Positions 19,295 to 29,114 of a stretch of DNA of 64,000 nt are shown here, piece by piece; positions within the stretch are counted from its first letter, which is position 1; each line of letters opens with the position of its first letter. Origin of the DNA: Christensenella sp. UBA7703 (GTDB taxonomy: Bacteria > Bacillota > Clostridia > Christensenellales > CAG-138); assembly GCA_002482505.1 (NCBI GenBank), contig DLGD01000037.1:2888-66887 (forward strand), in the 5' to 3' direction. The notes under the pieces are model-generated. The model did not search any database. It was not told where the DNA came from and saw only the letters and a list, made by a program, of their open reading frames with translations. The position numbers and the translations under genes were made by a program.

Positions 19295-20224
19295 TTATCT
19301 CTCTTCGCGATAATACGGCTTGCCCTTGCTCTTGGGGCCTGCAATTTTGCTGCCGAAGATGGTCAGCGCGATGAGCGTCATCACATACGGAATCATCTGG
19401 AAGAGCTGATACGGCAGCAGGTTGGTGCCAACCTGAAGCCTGAGCTGCATCGCGTCAAAGAAGCCGAACAGCAGGCAGGCAAGCAACACACCGGAGCCCG
19501 ACCAGCGGCCAAAGATAACAGCGGCCAGCGCGATGAACCCGCGCCCCGCGACGATGCCGTCGGAATATGTGTTGACATAGCAGGTGGTAAGATACGCTCC
19601 GCCCATGCCGGCGAGGAAGCCGCAGATGATGCACGCGATGTACTTCGTGCGGATGACGTTGATGCCCATGGTCTCGGCGGCTTTGGGATATTCGCCGACT
19701 GCTTTGAAGTTGAGCCCCGATTTGGTGCGGTTGAAGTAGATCATCGTGATGATGACGATCAGATACACCGCATAGACCATCGGGGTTTGGTCAAAGAGCA
19801 GCTTGCCGAGGAAGGGGATGTCCTTGAGCACGGGGATGGAGATGGTCTTCATCAGCGTGGCCTGCGCGAGCGTGGAGCTCACGCCGAACACGACGCGATA
19901 GATAAACGAAGCCAGCGCCGGCGCAAAGATATTCAGCGCCATGCCGTAGACAATCTGCTGTCCTGCCAGTGTAATCGTGCAAAACGCATAGACCATGTTG
20001 ACCAGCACGCCGCCCAGCGCGCCGCAGAGCACGCCGAGGAAGGGGTTGCCCGTCCAGTAGCAGACGAGGAAGCCAACGAGAGAACCGAACGCCATGATGC
20101 CGTCGAGGCCAATGTTGACGAGGCCCGCCCGCTCGGAATAGAGTTCCGCAAGCGCCACGAACAGCAGCGGCGTTGCCATGCGGACGGCGGAGATGAGCAA
20201 ATCGGAAACCATAGACCAGCTCAT
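19295..20224 (-). CDS. ABC transporter permease (BMP/nucleoside system, second permease)
   Basis: 309 aa polytopic protein. Its start overlaps the stop of the upstream permease by 4 nt, and it sits in an operon with the BMP lipoprotein. Confidence 0.85.
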   Translation of the reverse strand: MSWSMVSDLLISAVRMATPLLFVALAELYSERAGLVNIGLDGIMAFGSLVGFLVCYWTGNPFLGVLCGALGGVLVNMVYAFCTITLAGQQIVYGMALNIFAPALASFIYRVVFGVSSTLAQATLMKTISIPVLKDIPFLGKLLFDQTPMVYAVYLIVIITMIYFNRTKSGLNFKAVGEYPKAAETMGINVIRTKYIACIICGFLAGMGGAYLTTCYVNTYSDGIVAGRGFIALAAVIFGRWSGSGVLLACLLFGFFDAMQLRLQVGTNLLPYQLFQMIPYVMTLIALTIFGSKIAGPKSKGKPYYREER

Positions 20225-21282
20225 ACGGATTTAACCCCCTTTTTCTCGAAGAGGTTCATGACAAAATTACGAACCTTCGGCAGATACATCATCGAAGAAC
20301 CCGCGACGGCGAAGATGATCACCAGCGCCTGAATGATATCGATCACGCTGGTGGGCACGCCGGTGCCGACCTGCATCGTCGTGCTGCCGACGCGCAGAAC
20401 CGCAAAGAAGTAGGCAACCACGACCGTCGCCAGCGGGTGCAGCTGCGCAATCAACGCCAGCGCCACGCCGTCGAACCCATAGCCGCCACCGTAGCCGCTG
20501 ATGAGGCGGAACTGCGTACCGAGGATATCCGCGGCGCCGCCAAGTCCCGCAATTGCGCCGGAGACGATAAACGCCGTGAGCATGTATTTTTTGACCGAAA
20601 GACCGTTATAACTGCTCGCAACCGGGTTGAAGCCAACCGCGCGGAGCTGAAAACCCTTGGATGTGTAGAAGAGGAAATACCAGATTGCAATGCCGAGCAG
20701 GACAGCGATCACGATGCCCCATGTGATGCGAAGATCGGGAATGATGCGTCCAAGCTTCGTTGCGTCCGGCACGGGCGCGGTCTGCGGCACGCTGCCTTCG
20801 CGAAGGGCGGTTGTGTAAAGATAACCCATAAAGAGCGTCGCGACATAGTTGAACATGATCGTGGTGATCATCTCGTTGAGCCCGCGCCAGGTCTTCAGAA
20901 GCCCCGGCAGCAAGCCCCAGATGCCGCCTGCAACGGTGCCCGCGAGCACGGCGAGGATGGTTACCCACCAGCCCTCGTGCCCGATGAGCAGGCTGACCGT
21001 GATGGCAGCCATTGCCCCCGCGAGAAACTGTCCTTCGCCGCCGAGGTTGAACACCCCGCAACGATAGGCAAAGCAGGTGCAAAGCCCCGTGAAGATCAGC
21101 GGCATGGCGCGCACGACGGTGTTTGCAAGGTTTGTCTTGCTGCCGAATGCGCCTTTCATCAGAAAGCCGATTGCCTCGACCGGGTTTTTGCCGAGCGCCA
21201 GGATAATCAGCATACCGATGACAAACGCCAGCAGGATGGAGAGAATCGGAATCAGGATATTGAGCGTCTTTGTTTTTTGCAC
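20221..21282 (-). CDS. ABC transporter permease (BMP/nucleoside system, first permease)
   Basis: 353 aa polytopic protein. It contains the FNLGGEGQ motif typical of the branched-chain/ribose-type permease fold. Confidence 0.85.
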   Translation of the reverse strand: MQKTKTLNILIPILSILLAFVIGMLIILALGKNPVEAIGFLMKGAFGSKTNLANTVVRAMPLIFTGLCTCFAYRCGVFNLGGEGQFLAGAMAAITVSLLIGHEGWWVTILAVLAGTVAGGIWGLLPGLLKTWRGLNEMITTIMFNYVATLFMGYLYTTALREGSVPQTAPVPDATKLGRIIPDLRITWGIVIAVLLGIAIWYFLFYTSKGFQLRAVGFNPVASSYNGLSVKKYMLTAFIVSGAIAGLGGAADILGTQFRLISGYGGGYGFDGVALALIAQLHPLATVVVAYFFAVLRVGSTTMQVGTGVPTSVIDIIQALVIIFAVAGSSMMYLPKVRNFVMNLFEKKGVKSV

Positions 21283-21297
21283 TTCGTTTCCCCTCCT

Positions 21298-22806
21298 TTA
21301 CTTGCCCGCCATCGCGAGGCTGATGGTTGAAATCGGCGGATTCTTGCCGGAATACTCGCCCATGACCTTGCCTTCGAACATGACGATGATCCGATCGGAC
21401 AGTTGCAGCACCTCGTCAAAGTCCGCGCTGATGAGCAGCACCGCGCAGCCCGCGTCTCTTGCCGCAATCATGTTGTCGCGGACATAGCGCGTCGCGCCGA
21501 TGTCGAGGCCGCGCGTGGGATGGACGGCGACGAGCAGATCCGGCTTGGCTTCGAGCTCGCGCGCGAGGATGACTTTTTGCTGGTTGCCGCCGGAGAGGGA
21601 GCGGATCTCCTGATCCATACCCTGACAGCGGATATCATATTTGGCGCGCATCGTCTCCGAATAGGCGCGCATGGCTTTTTTCTTGAGGTGCCAGCCGTTG
21701 AGGTCACAAAACGCACAGTCCTGCGTGCTCTTAAGCAACAGGTTTTCTTCCACCGTCATGTTGCCGACGAGGCCCATGCGGTTGCGGTCTTCCGGAATGT
21801 GGCTGACGTTCTTTTCAATGAAGTCCGCCGCGGTCACATGAGACACCTTGCAGCCTTTGAGGATGACCTCGCCCGCTTCTGCCATCGAAACGCCGGTGAC
21901 GATCTGGCTTAGCTGGCTCTGCCCGTTTCCGTCCACGCCCGCGATGCCGAGGATTTCGCCCTTACGCACCATCATCGAAACGTCATTGAGACCGTTATGC
22001 TTGCTGGTCTTGTTGAAATCCACGTTTCTGAGCTCGATGACCGGCTCGTCGGTGGATTCCTTCTTTTCATATTCGCATTCGACAAGGTCGCGCCCGATCA
22101 TCAGGTTTGCGAGCTCTTTTCCGTCTGTTTCGCCGGCGGCAAGGGTTTGGATCGTCTTGCCCGCGCGCAGGATGGTCACGCGGTCGCTGACATGCAGCAC
22201 CTCGCGCATCTTGTGGCTGATGAAGACGATGCTCTTGCCCTCTGCCTTGAGCTTGTCGATGACGGCATAGAGACCTTCGACCTCGATGTCGGTGAGCGCT
22301 GCGGTCGGTTCGTCGAGAATGAGCAGTTCCGCGCCGCGATAGAGCGCCTTGAGAATCTCCACGCGCTGCTGTGCGCCAACGGAGATATCGGTGATCTTTG
22401 CTTCGAGGTCGATGTTTAAACCATAGCGCCACGAAAGCTCCAGAATTTCTTTTCTGCGCGCGGCGTGGTCGATGAAGATGCCCTTGTAGCGCTTATCGCC
22501 GAGGATGATGTTCTGCATCACCGTCATGGCTTCCACGAGCATGAAGTGCTGGTGCACCATGCCGATGCCGAGGCGAACCGCTTCGGCAGGAGAGTCGATT
22601 TCAACCTTTTTGCCGCGGAGGTAAATGGAACCCTCCGTCGGTTGATACAGGCCGATGAGCACGTTCATCAACGTGCTTTTTCCTGCGCCATTTTCGCCAA
22701 GCAGGGTGTGTACTTCGCCTTCGCGCACATCAAAATTGATGTCCTTGTTGGCATAGAAGTCCCCAAACTGCTTGCTGATATGCTCCATACGGAGAATCTC
22801 GCCCAT
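21298..22806 (-). CDS. ABC transporter ATP-binding protein with duplicated NBDs
   Basis: Walker A GENGAGKST, signature ISVGAQQRVEI, and a second NBD with LSGGNQQK. The start is moved to MGEILRMEHISKQF (ATG 22806, RBS GGGAAGGGGA) because the 79-aa N-terminal extension in the ORF track covers promoter-like DNA. Confidence 0.9.
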   Translation of the reverse strand: MGEILRMEHISKQFGDFYANKDINFDVREGEVHTLLGENGAGKSTLMNVLIGLYQPTEGSIYLRGKKVEIDSPAEAVRLGIGMVHQHFMLVEAMTVMQNIILGDKRYKGIFIDHAARRKEILELSWRYGLNIDLEAKITDISVGAQQRVEILKALYRGAELLILDEPTAALTDIEVEGLYAVIDKLKAEGKSIVFISHKMREVLHVSDRVTILRAGKTIQTLAAGETDGKELANLMIGRDLVECEYEKKESTDEPVIELRNVDFNKTSKHNGLNDVSMMVRKGEILGIAGVDGNGQSQLSQIVTGVSMAEAGEVILKGCKVSHVTAADFIEKNVSHIPEDRNRMGLVGNMTVEENLLLKSTQDCAFCDLNGWHLKKKAMRAYSETMRAKYDIRCQGMDQEIRSLSGGNQQKVILARELEAKPDLLVAVHPTRGLDIGATRYVRDNMIAARDAGCAVLLISADFDEVLQLSDRIIVMFEGKVMGEYSGKNPPISTISLAMAGK

Positions 22807-22969
22807 AGACCACGTCCCCTTCCCGAATTCCGGCGGATGGCAAAGCGCTTGCCCGGTACTATCGTATGTGTTTTTTGTTTTACGTTTTGTGAGTATGAAA
22901 GATTGTTGCGTGATGATGACTGTTTTTGGCTTGCTTATGAATCGGTAATGAAAAATCGAATCTACAAGC

Positions 22970-23003
22970 AATATAACAAACGTTCCGTACGGAAACCGTA
23001 CGA
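22970..23003 (-). promoter_or_regulatory. Promoter module B: extended -10 (TGTTATATT) preceded by two CGTACGG repeats
   Basis: The minus strand reads TCGTACGG-TTT-CCGTACGG-AACGTTTGT-TATATT. The repeat starts are 11 bp apart, and 9 nt separate the second repeat from the -10 hexamer. Confidence 0.5.
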
Positions 23004-23107
23004 AACGTCCTTGTTTCGCCGCGCTCAGGCGTTCATCTTCCATTTTTTTCTTTCATTTTCACGAGGGCAAAATGTTGGTTTTGCTTCCGGAAAACTGATT
23101 TCCAAAT

Positions 23108-23141
23108 AATATATCATATCAACCGTACGAGAACCGTACGG
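23108..23141 (-). promoter_or_regulatory. Promoter module A: extended -10 (TGATATATT) preceded by two CGTACGG repeats
   Basis: The minus strand reads CCGTACGG-TTC-TCGTACGG-TTGATATGA-TATATT, with identical architecture to module B located 138 bp downstream in the transcription direction. Confidence 0.5.
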
Positions 23142-23255
23142 ATTTGGGGAAAGATATATTATTTCTTTTTGGGCTTCGCCCAAACTCAAATAAACAAATA
23201 ATATGTGCTGATTCATTAATGATTTAGAAAACAATTAACTAAAAGATAAGAAAAG

Positions 23256-23317
23256 AAAAAAACCACCCCCTGCGAAAGCAAGAGGTGGAAGTCATACCGC
23301 GGAAGGAGCGAATTCCC
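23256..23317 (-). repeat. Hairpin/terminator module copy 1 (34-nt core identical to copy 2)
   Basis: The core GGTGGAAGTCATACCGCGGAAGGAGCGAATTCCC (23284-23317, plus strand) is identical to 23385-23418. On the minus strand an 11-bp stem (23263-23288) is followed by TTTTTTT. Confidence 0.7.
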
Positions 23318-23354
23318 GTGCGGGATTCGTTGCTTTCCTAAAAAGCAGCAATCT

Positions 23355-23418
23355 AAAAATAAATCCACCCCTTGCTAAACAAAGGGTGGAAGTCATACCG
23401 CGGAAGGAGCGAATTCCC
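23355..23418 (-). repeat. Hairpin/terminator module copy 2; probable terminator of the glnN-asnB operon
   Basis: Same 34-nt core. The minus-strand stem CCACCCTTTG/CAAGGGGTGG (23365-23389) is followed by ATTTATTTTT. It begins about 30 nt after the asnB stop. Confidence 0.7.
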
Positions 23419-23447
23419 ACGGTATTCGAGGGTGCCAGGGTCAAGAT

Positions 23448-25025
23448 TTATACCGCGCTAGCGCCGTAATTCGCGAGAACGCGAGCCGACGGGTCGTTGA
23501 CATTGCAGCCTTCCCAACTACGGTTCGGCATCCAGAAGTCCTTGACCATATGCGCTTGGCCGGGGTATTCGGCCTCAAACAGTTCGCGGTACAGCAGCGA
23601 TTCCTTCGTGAAGGGCGTCGCGAAGGTGTATTTCTTGCTGCGCTCGGCAAACTCCTCGTCCGTATAGAGCTTCTCGGCATATGCCTTGATCTGGTCGACC
23701 ATGGAATGCCCGACCGCGTCCGAGAACGCGGCTTTTTCGCGATAGAGAATATCCTGTGGCAGATAGTCCCCCTCAAATGCGCGGCGAAGCAGGTATTTGC
23801 CTTTGCCAAAGCGGTTCATCTTGAGGGCGGGGTTGATGCTCATGACATACTTGACGAAGTCCAGATCGCCAAACGGCACGCGCGCCTCGAGAGAGTTTGC
23901 GGAGATGCAGCGATCCGCGCGAAGCACGTCGTACATATAAATTTCGTCGATGCGCTTCTTGGCTTCCTTCTGGAATTCCTCTTCGTTCGGCGCAAAGTCC
24001 GTATACTTGTAGCCAAACAATTCGTCTGAGATTTCGCCCGTGAGCAGCACCCGAAGGTTCGTGTTTTCGTGGATGTACTTGCAAACAAGATACATGCCGA
24101 CGCTTGCGCGAATCGTCGTGATGTCATACGTCTCGAGAATCCGCACGATGGTGCGCAGGGAGGCGATGACCTCCTGCGGCGTCATGATGACCTCCGTGTG
24201 GTCGGAACCCAGATAGTCCGCAACCTGTTTGGCGTATTTCAGGTCGATTGCGTCGCCCACCATGCCGATGGCATAGGTGCGGATCGGGTGCGGCAGATAC
24301 TTGTTGGCTACCGCACAGACTAGCGAGCTGTCTAGGCCGCCGCTGAGCAGGAAGCCGAGCGGCACGTCCGCGTCCAGGCGCTTGACGATGCCGAGGGTGA
24401 GTTTTTCGCGGATGTTGTCGCAGACCGCGTCCAACTCGTCCTTGGAATACTCCTTAACATCGGTCAGGTTTGCATACTGGACAAACTCGCCGTCTTTCCA
24501 ATAATGTCCCGGCGGGAAGGGCTTGATCGTCTCCGCCAGCCCGGCGATGTTTTTCGCCTCGCTGGAGAAGAGAATTTTGCCGTCTTCGTCGTAGCCATAG
24601 AACAGCGGGCGGATGCCGATCGGGTCTCTTGCCGCAATCAGCGAGTCGCTTTTGTGATCATAAAGGATCAGCGCATACTCCGCGTCGAGCATCTGGAACA
24701 TGTCTGTCCCGTACCGTTGATATAAGGGTAAGAGCAGCTCGCAATCCGAGCCGCTCTTGAAGTCGTATCCTGAGAATAATTCGTCACGCATCTTGCGAAA
24801 GCCGTAGAGTTCGCCGTTGCAAACGACCGCGTCCCCGCCTCGCTCAAATGGCTGCATGCCGCTCTTTTCCAGACCCATGATCGTCAGACGATGGAACATC
24901 AGGTATCCATCCCCAACGCTCAACATACGCGACAGATCAGGTCCTCGTGAGATCGTCTTGTAAAATCCATCGACAAGCAGGTCCAGCGGGATGCGCTTGC
25001 CGAGGTATCCCATGATTGAACACAT
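23448..25025 (-). CDS. asnB: Asparagine synthase (glutamine-hydrolysing)
   Basis: The N-terminal MCSIMGY supplies the Cys2 nucleophile of class II amidotransferases. The PP-loop LLSGGLDSS is present. 525 aa, starting 27 bp downstream of glnN, which suggests an operon. Confidence 0.9.
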   Translation of the reverse strand: MCSIMGYLGKRIPLDLLVDGFYKTISRGPDLSRMLSVGDGYLMFHRLTIMGLEKSGMQPFERGGDAVVCNGELYGFRKMRDELFSGYDFKSGSDCELLLPLYQRYGTDMFQMLDAEYALILYDHKSDSLIAARDPIGIRPLFYGYDEDGKILFSSEAKNIAGLAETIKPFPPGHYWKDGEFVQYANLTDVKEYSKDELDAVCDNIREKLTLGIVKRLDADVPLGFLLSGGLDSSLVCAVANKYLPHPIRTYAIGMVGDAIDLKYAKQVADYLGSDHTEVIMTPQEVIASLRTIVRILETYDITTIRASVGMYLVCKYIHENTNLRVLLTGEISDELFGYKYTDFAPNEEEFQKEAKKRIDEIYMYDVLRADRCISANSLEARVPFGDLDFVKYVMSINPALKMNRFGKGKYLLRRAFEGDYLPQDILYREKAAFSDAVGHSMVDQIKAYAEKLYTDEEFAERSKKYTFATPFTKESLLYRELFEAEYPGQAHMVKDFWMPNRSWEGCNVNDPSARVLANYGASAV

Positions 25026-25052
25026 GATCTTCGTTCTCCCGTACAGTATTTT

Positions 25053-27152
<2,100 letters not shown>

Positions 27153-27288
27153 TTCTCCTCCTATACCCTTTCCTAAACACCCTTGCTTCTCTGCTGTGTG
27201 ATTCCTTCATAATATAACTGCCATCGGCGCATTGTTTCGGAATACCGTCTCGCAACCCCGCTTCAGCTCATTTTGTGTATTTACCTTA

Positions 27289-27334
27289 TAAAAAGCGGCA
27301 ACGACACAGCGGTACTTCCGCGGCGCCTTTGCCG
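27289..27334 (-). terminator. Intrinsic-terminator-like hairpin in the glnN leader (candidate attenuator)
   Basis: The minus strand reads ACGGCAA-(27 nt with inner GCGG/CCGC stem)-TTGCCG-CTTTTTA. It starts about 18 nt after the predicted -10 element and lies about 140 nt before the glnN RBS. Confidence 0.5.
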
Positions 27335-27352
27335 TTAAAATAATATGCGGAT

Positions 27353-27381
27353 AGTATACAGCGCGAGGGTACGCTTGTCAA
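27353..27381 (-). promoter_or_regulatory. Sigma-A-type promoter of glnN-asnB
   Basis: The minus strand has TTGACA (27381-27376), a 17-nt spacer and TATACT (27358-27353). Confidence 0.65.
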
Positions 27382-27508
27382 CCGAAAATTTGTGCAGGAT
27401 TTCCTGCGGAAAAACGCAAAAACCGTTGTTGTTTTGACTGGAAAGATGCTAAAAATAAATTATGTACCCTTTTTTGCAGTTTGAAATCATATATCATTCA
27501 CAATATTC

Positions 27509-27537
27509 TTGACAGAAAATCCTATATTATGTATACT
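27509..27537 (+). promoter_or_regulatory. Sigma-A-type promoter of glnA
   Basis: TTGACA (27509-27514), a 17-nt spacer and TATACT (27532-27537). These are the same hexamers as the divergent glnN promoter. Confidence 0.65.
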
Positions 27538-27547
27538 CGCAGAAACA

Positions 27548-27594
27548 AAGACGTTCCTTCCGGGGGTACTCCTGCCCGGTTTGGGCGTCTTTTG
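27548..27594 (+). terminator. Intrinsic-terminator-like hairpin at the 5' end of the glnA leader (candidate attenuator)
   Basis: AAGACG…(inner CCGGG/CCCGG stem)…CGTCTTTTG. Two further hairpins followed by U-rich runs lie at 27627-27657 and 27743-27797, within the ~265-nt leader. Confidence 0.5.
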
Positions 27595-27806
27595 CAGTAA
27601 AAAAAGCGTATAAAAACGGCGGAAAAAACGTATGAATGGATGAGATTCATTCGTTTTGGCCATTTTCAAACGATTCTGTGCTAAACTAAACCATAAGAAG
27701 TGTGTTTTGCCGCTGGAAAACCGCGGCTCAAGACACAAAAACCGTCCGCGCCGCGAAAAGCAGCAGGTGCTGCCCGAGCGGGCGACGCTATTTATTATAG
27801 GAGAGG

Positions 27807-29036
27807 ATGTGCGCGGAAATGATGTACACCGCACAGGAAATTGCCGATTATTGCGCAGCGGAGGATGTGAAGTTCATCCGCCTCGCGTTTTGCGATGTAT
27901 TCGGCGTGCCGAAAAATATCTCCATTATGCCGGAGGAGCTGCCGCGCGCGTTTTCGGACGGCATCTCGATCGATGCCTCCGCCATTCGCGGCTTTGGCGA
28001 CGAGGCACACTCGGATCTTTTGCTGTTTCCGGACAGCGAGACGCTCACCGTGCTGCCCTGGCGGCCGAGCCACGGGCGTGTTGTGCGCCTGTTTGCGGAT
28101 ATCCGCCGCCCGGATGGGTCGCTCTTTCCGCAGGACACGCGCAATATCTTAAAGAAGACGATCGCCGAAGTCGCGCGCGAGGGCGTTACCGTCAACTTCG
28201 GCACGGAGTTTGAGTTTTATCTCTTCCGGCTGGATGAGGACGGAAACGCGACAACGATTCCATACGACAACGCGAAATATATGGACATCGCCCCGCTGGA
28301 CCGCGGGGAAAATGTCCGCCGCGAAATCTGCCTGACGCTGTGTGAGATGGGCATCCGCGCGGAGAGTTCGCATCATGAAGACGGCCCGGGGCAAAACGAG
28401 ATCGATTTTCGCTATGGCGACGCGATGCGCGCGGCGGACAATGCGATCACGTTCCCTTCCGTTGTGCGCACGGTCGCGATGCGAAACGGCCTTTGGGCAG
28501 ATTTTTCGCCTAAGCCACTGCCAAACGAAAGCGGAAACGGCATGCACATCAACCTTTCCTTGGCAAAACCGCATAGCGAAGGCGCGCGGGATGCGTTCAT
28601 GGCAGGGTTGATGGAGCATATCTGCGAAATCACCGCGTTTCTCAATCCCATGGACGCGAGCTATGCGCGCCTTGGAGAATGCAAAGCGCCGCGCTACGTC
28701 ACATGGTCGCCGGAAAATCGCAGCCAACTCATCCGCATCCCCGCCGCAAAGGGTGAATATGAACGGATCGAACTGCGTTCGCCGGACCCGGCGGGAAACC
28801 CGTATCTCGCGTTTGCGCTGATCCTTGCCGCGGGTGCGGACGGAATCCGGCGAAATCTGGTTGCGCCGCCGCCAACAAATGTGAATCTCTTCACGGCGGA
28901 TGCTTCGATTACCGGCAAACTCGCCCAGCTCCCGCGCACGCGCGCGGAGGCGGCAAACATCGCGAAAAACAGCGCGTTTGTGCGCATGGTTTTACCCGAA
29001 GCCATCATCGAGGCATATACCGCCGAGGCAGAGTGA
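27807..29036 (+). CDS. glnA: Glutamine synthetase (type I-like, short form)
   Basis: NFGTEFEFYLF, SSHHEDGPGQNEIDF, SGNGMHINLSL, ENRSQLIRIP and RIELRSPDPAGNPY are GS catalytic motifs. The start is ambiguous (ATG 27807, 27819 or 27822). The RBS AGGAGAGG sits at 27799-27806. Confidence 0.9.
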   Translation: MCAEMMYTAQEIADYCAAEDVKFIRLAFCDVFGVPKNISIMPEELPRAFSDGISIDASAIRGFGDEAHSDLLLFPDSETLTVLPWRPSHGRVVRLFADIRRPDGSLFPQDTRNILKKTIAEVAREGVTVNFGTEFEFYLFRLDEDGNATTIPYDNAKYMDIAPLDRGENVRREICLTLCEMGIRAESSHHEDGPGQNEIDFRYGDAMRAADNAITFPSVVRTVAMRNGLWADFSPKPLPNESGNGMHINLSLAKPHSEGARDAFMAGLMEHICEITAFLNPMDASYARLGECKAPRYVTWSPENRSQLIRIPAAKGEYERIELRSPDPAGNPYLAFALILAAGADGIRRNLVAPPPTNVNLFTADASITGKLAQLPRTRAEAANIAKNSAFVRMVLPEAIIEAYTAEAE

Positions 29037-29114
29037 ACACGGAGCAATGATTTCGTATGCGTTGATTCAACCGTATGACGCACACAAAGAGAAACAGCAG
29101 AGGGAGACTTTCGC

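Noticed and set aside
22807-23043. 79-aa N-terminal extension of the ABC ATPase ORF (track start at 23043).
   Set aside because: The extension is AT-rich and lacks an RBS. It contains the CGTACGG/TATATT promoter module B. The conserved ABC N-terminus begins at MGEILRMEHISKQF, which has its own RBS.
23256-23430. Assignment of the tandem modules to a known riboswitch class (purine/2'-dG, xanthine, preQ1, ZTP, fluoride, guanidine I-III, NAD+, PRPP).
   Set aside because: By-eye comparison with the consensus cores I remember gave no convincing match. The modules also lie upstream of, not downstream of, the predicted ABC-operon promoters.
27544-27806. Glutamine riboswitch (glnA RNA motif) or T-box in the glnA leader; TnrA/GlnR box (TGTNA-N7-TNACA) at the glnA/glnN promoters.
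   Set aside because: No E-loop/pseudoknot consensus of the glutamine aptamer and no T-box specifier/T-box sequence could be found. The nearest TnrA-like sequences (TGAAATCATATATCATTCA, TGTCAAGAATATTGTGA) break the consensus half-sites.
27487-27834. 115-aa minus-strand ORF covering the glnA promoter and leader.
   Set aside because: It has no RBS, odd composition, and overlaps clear promoter and hairpin elements in the divergent regulatory region.
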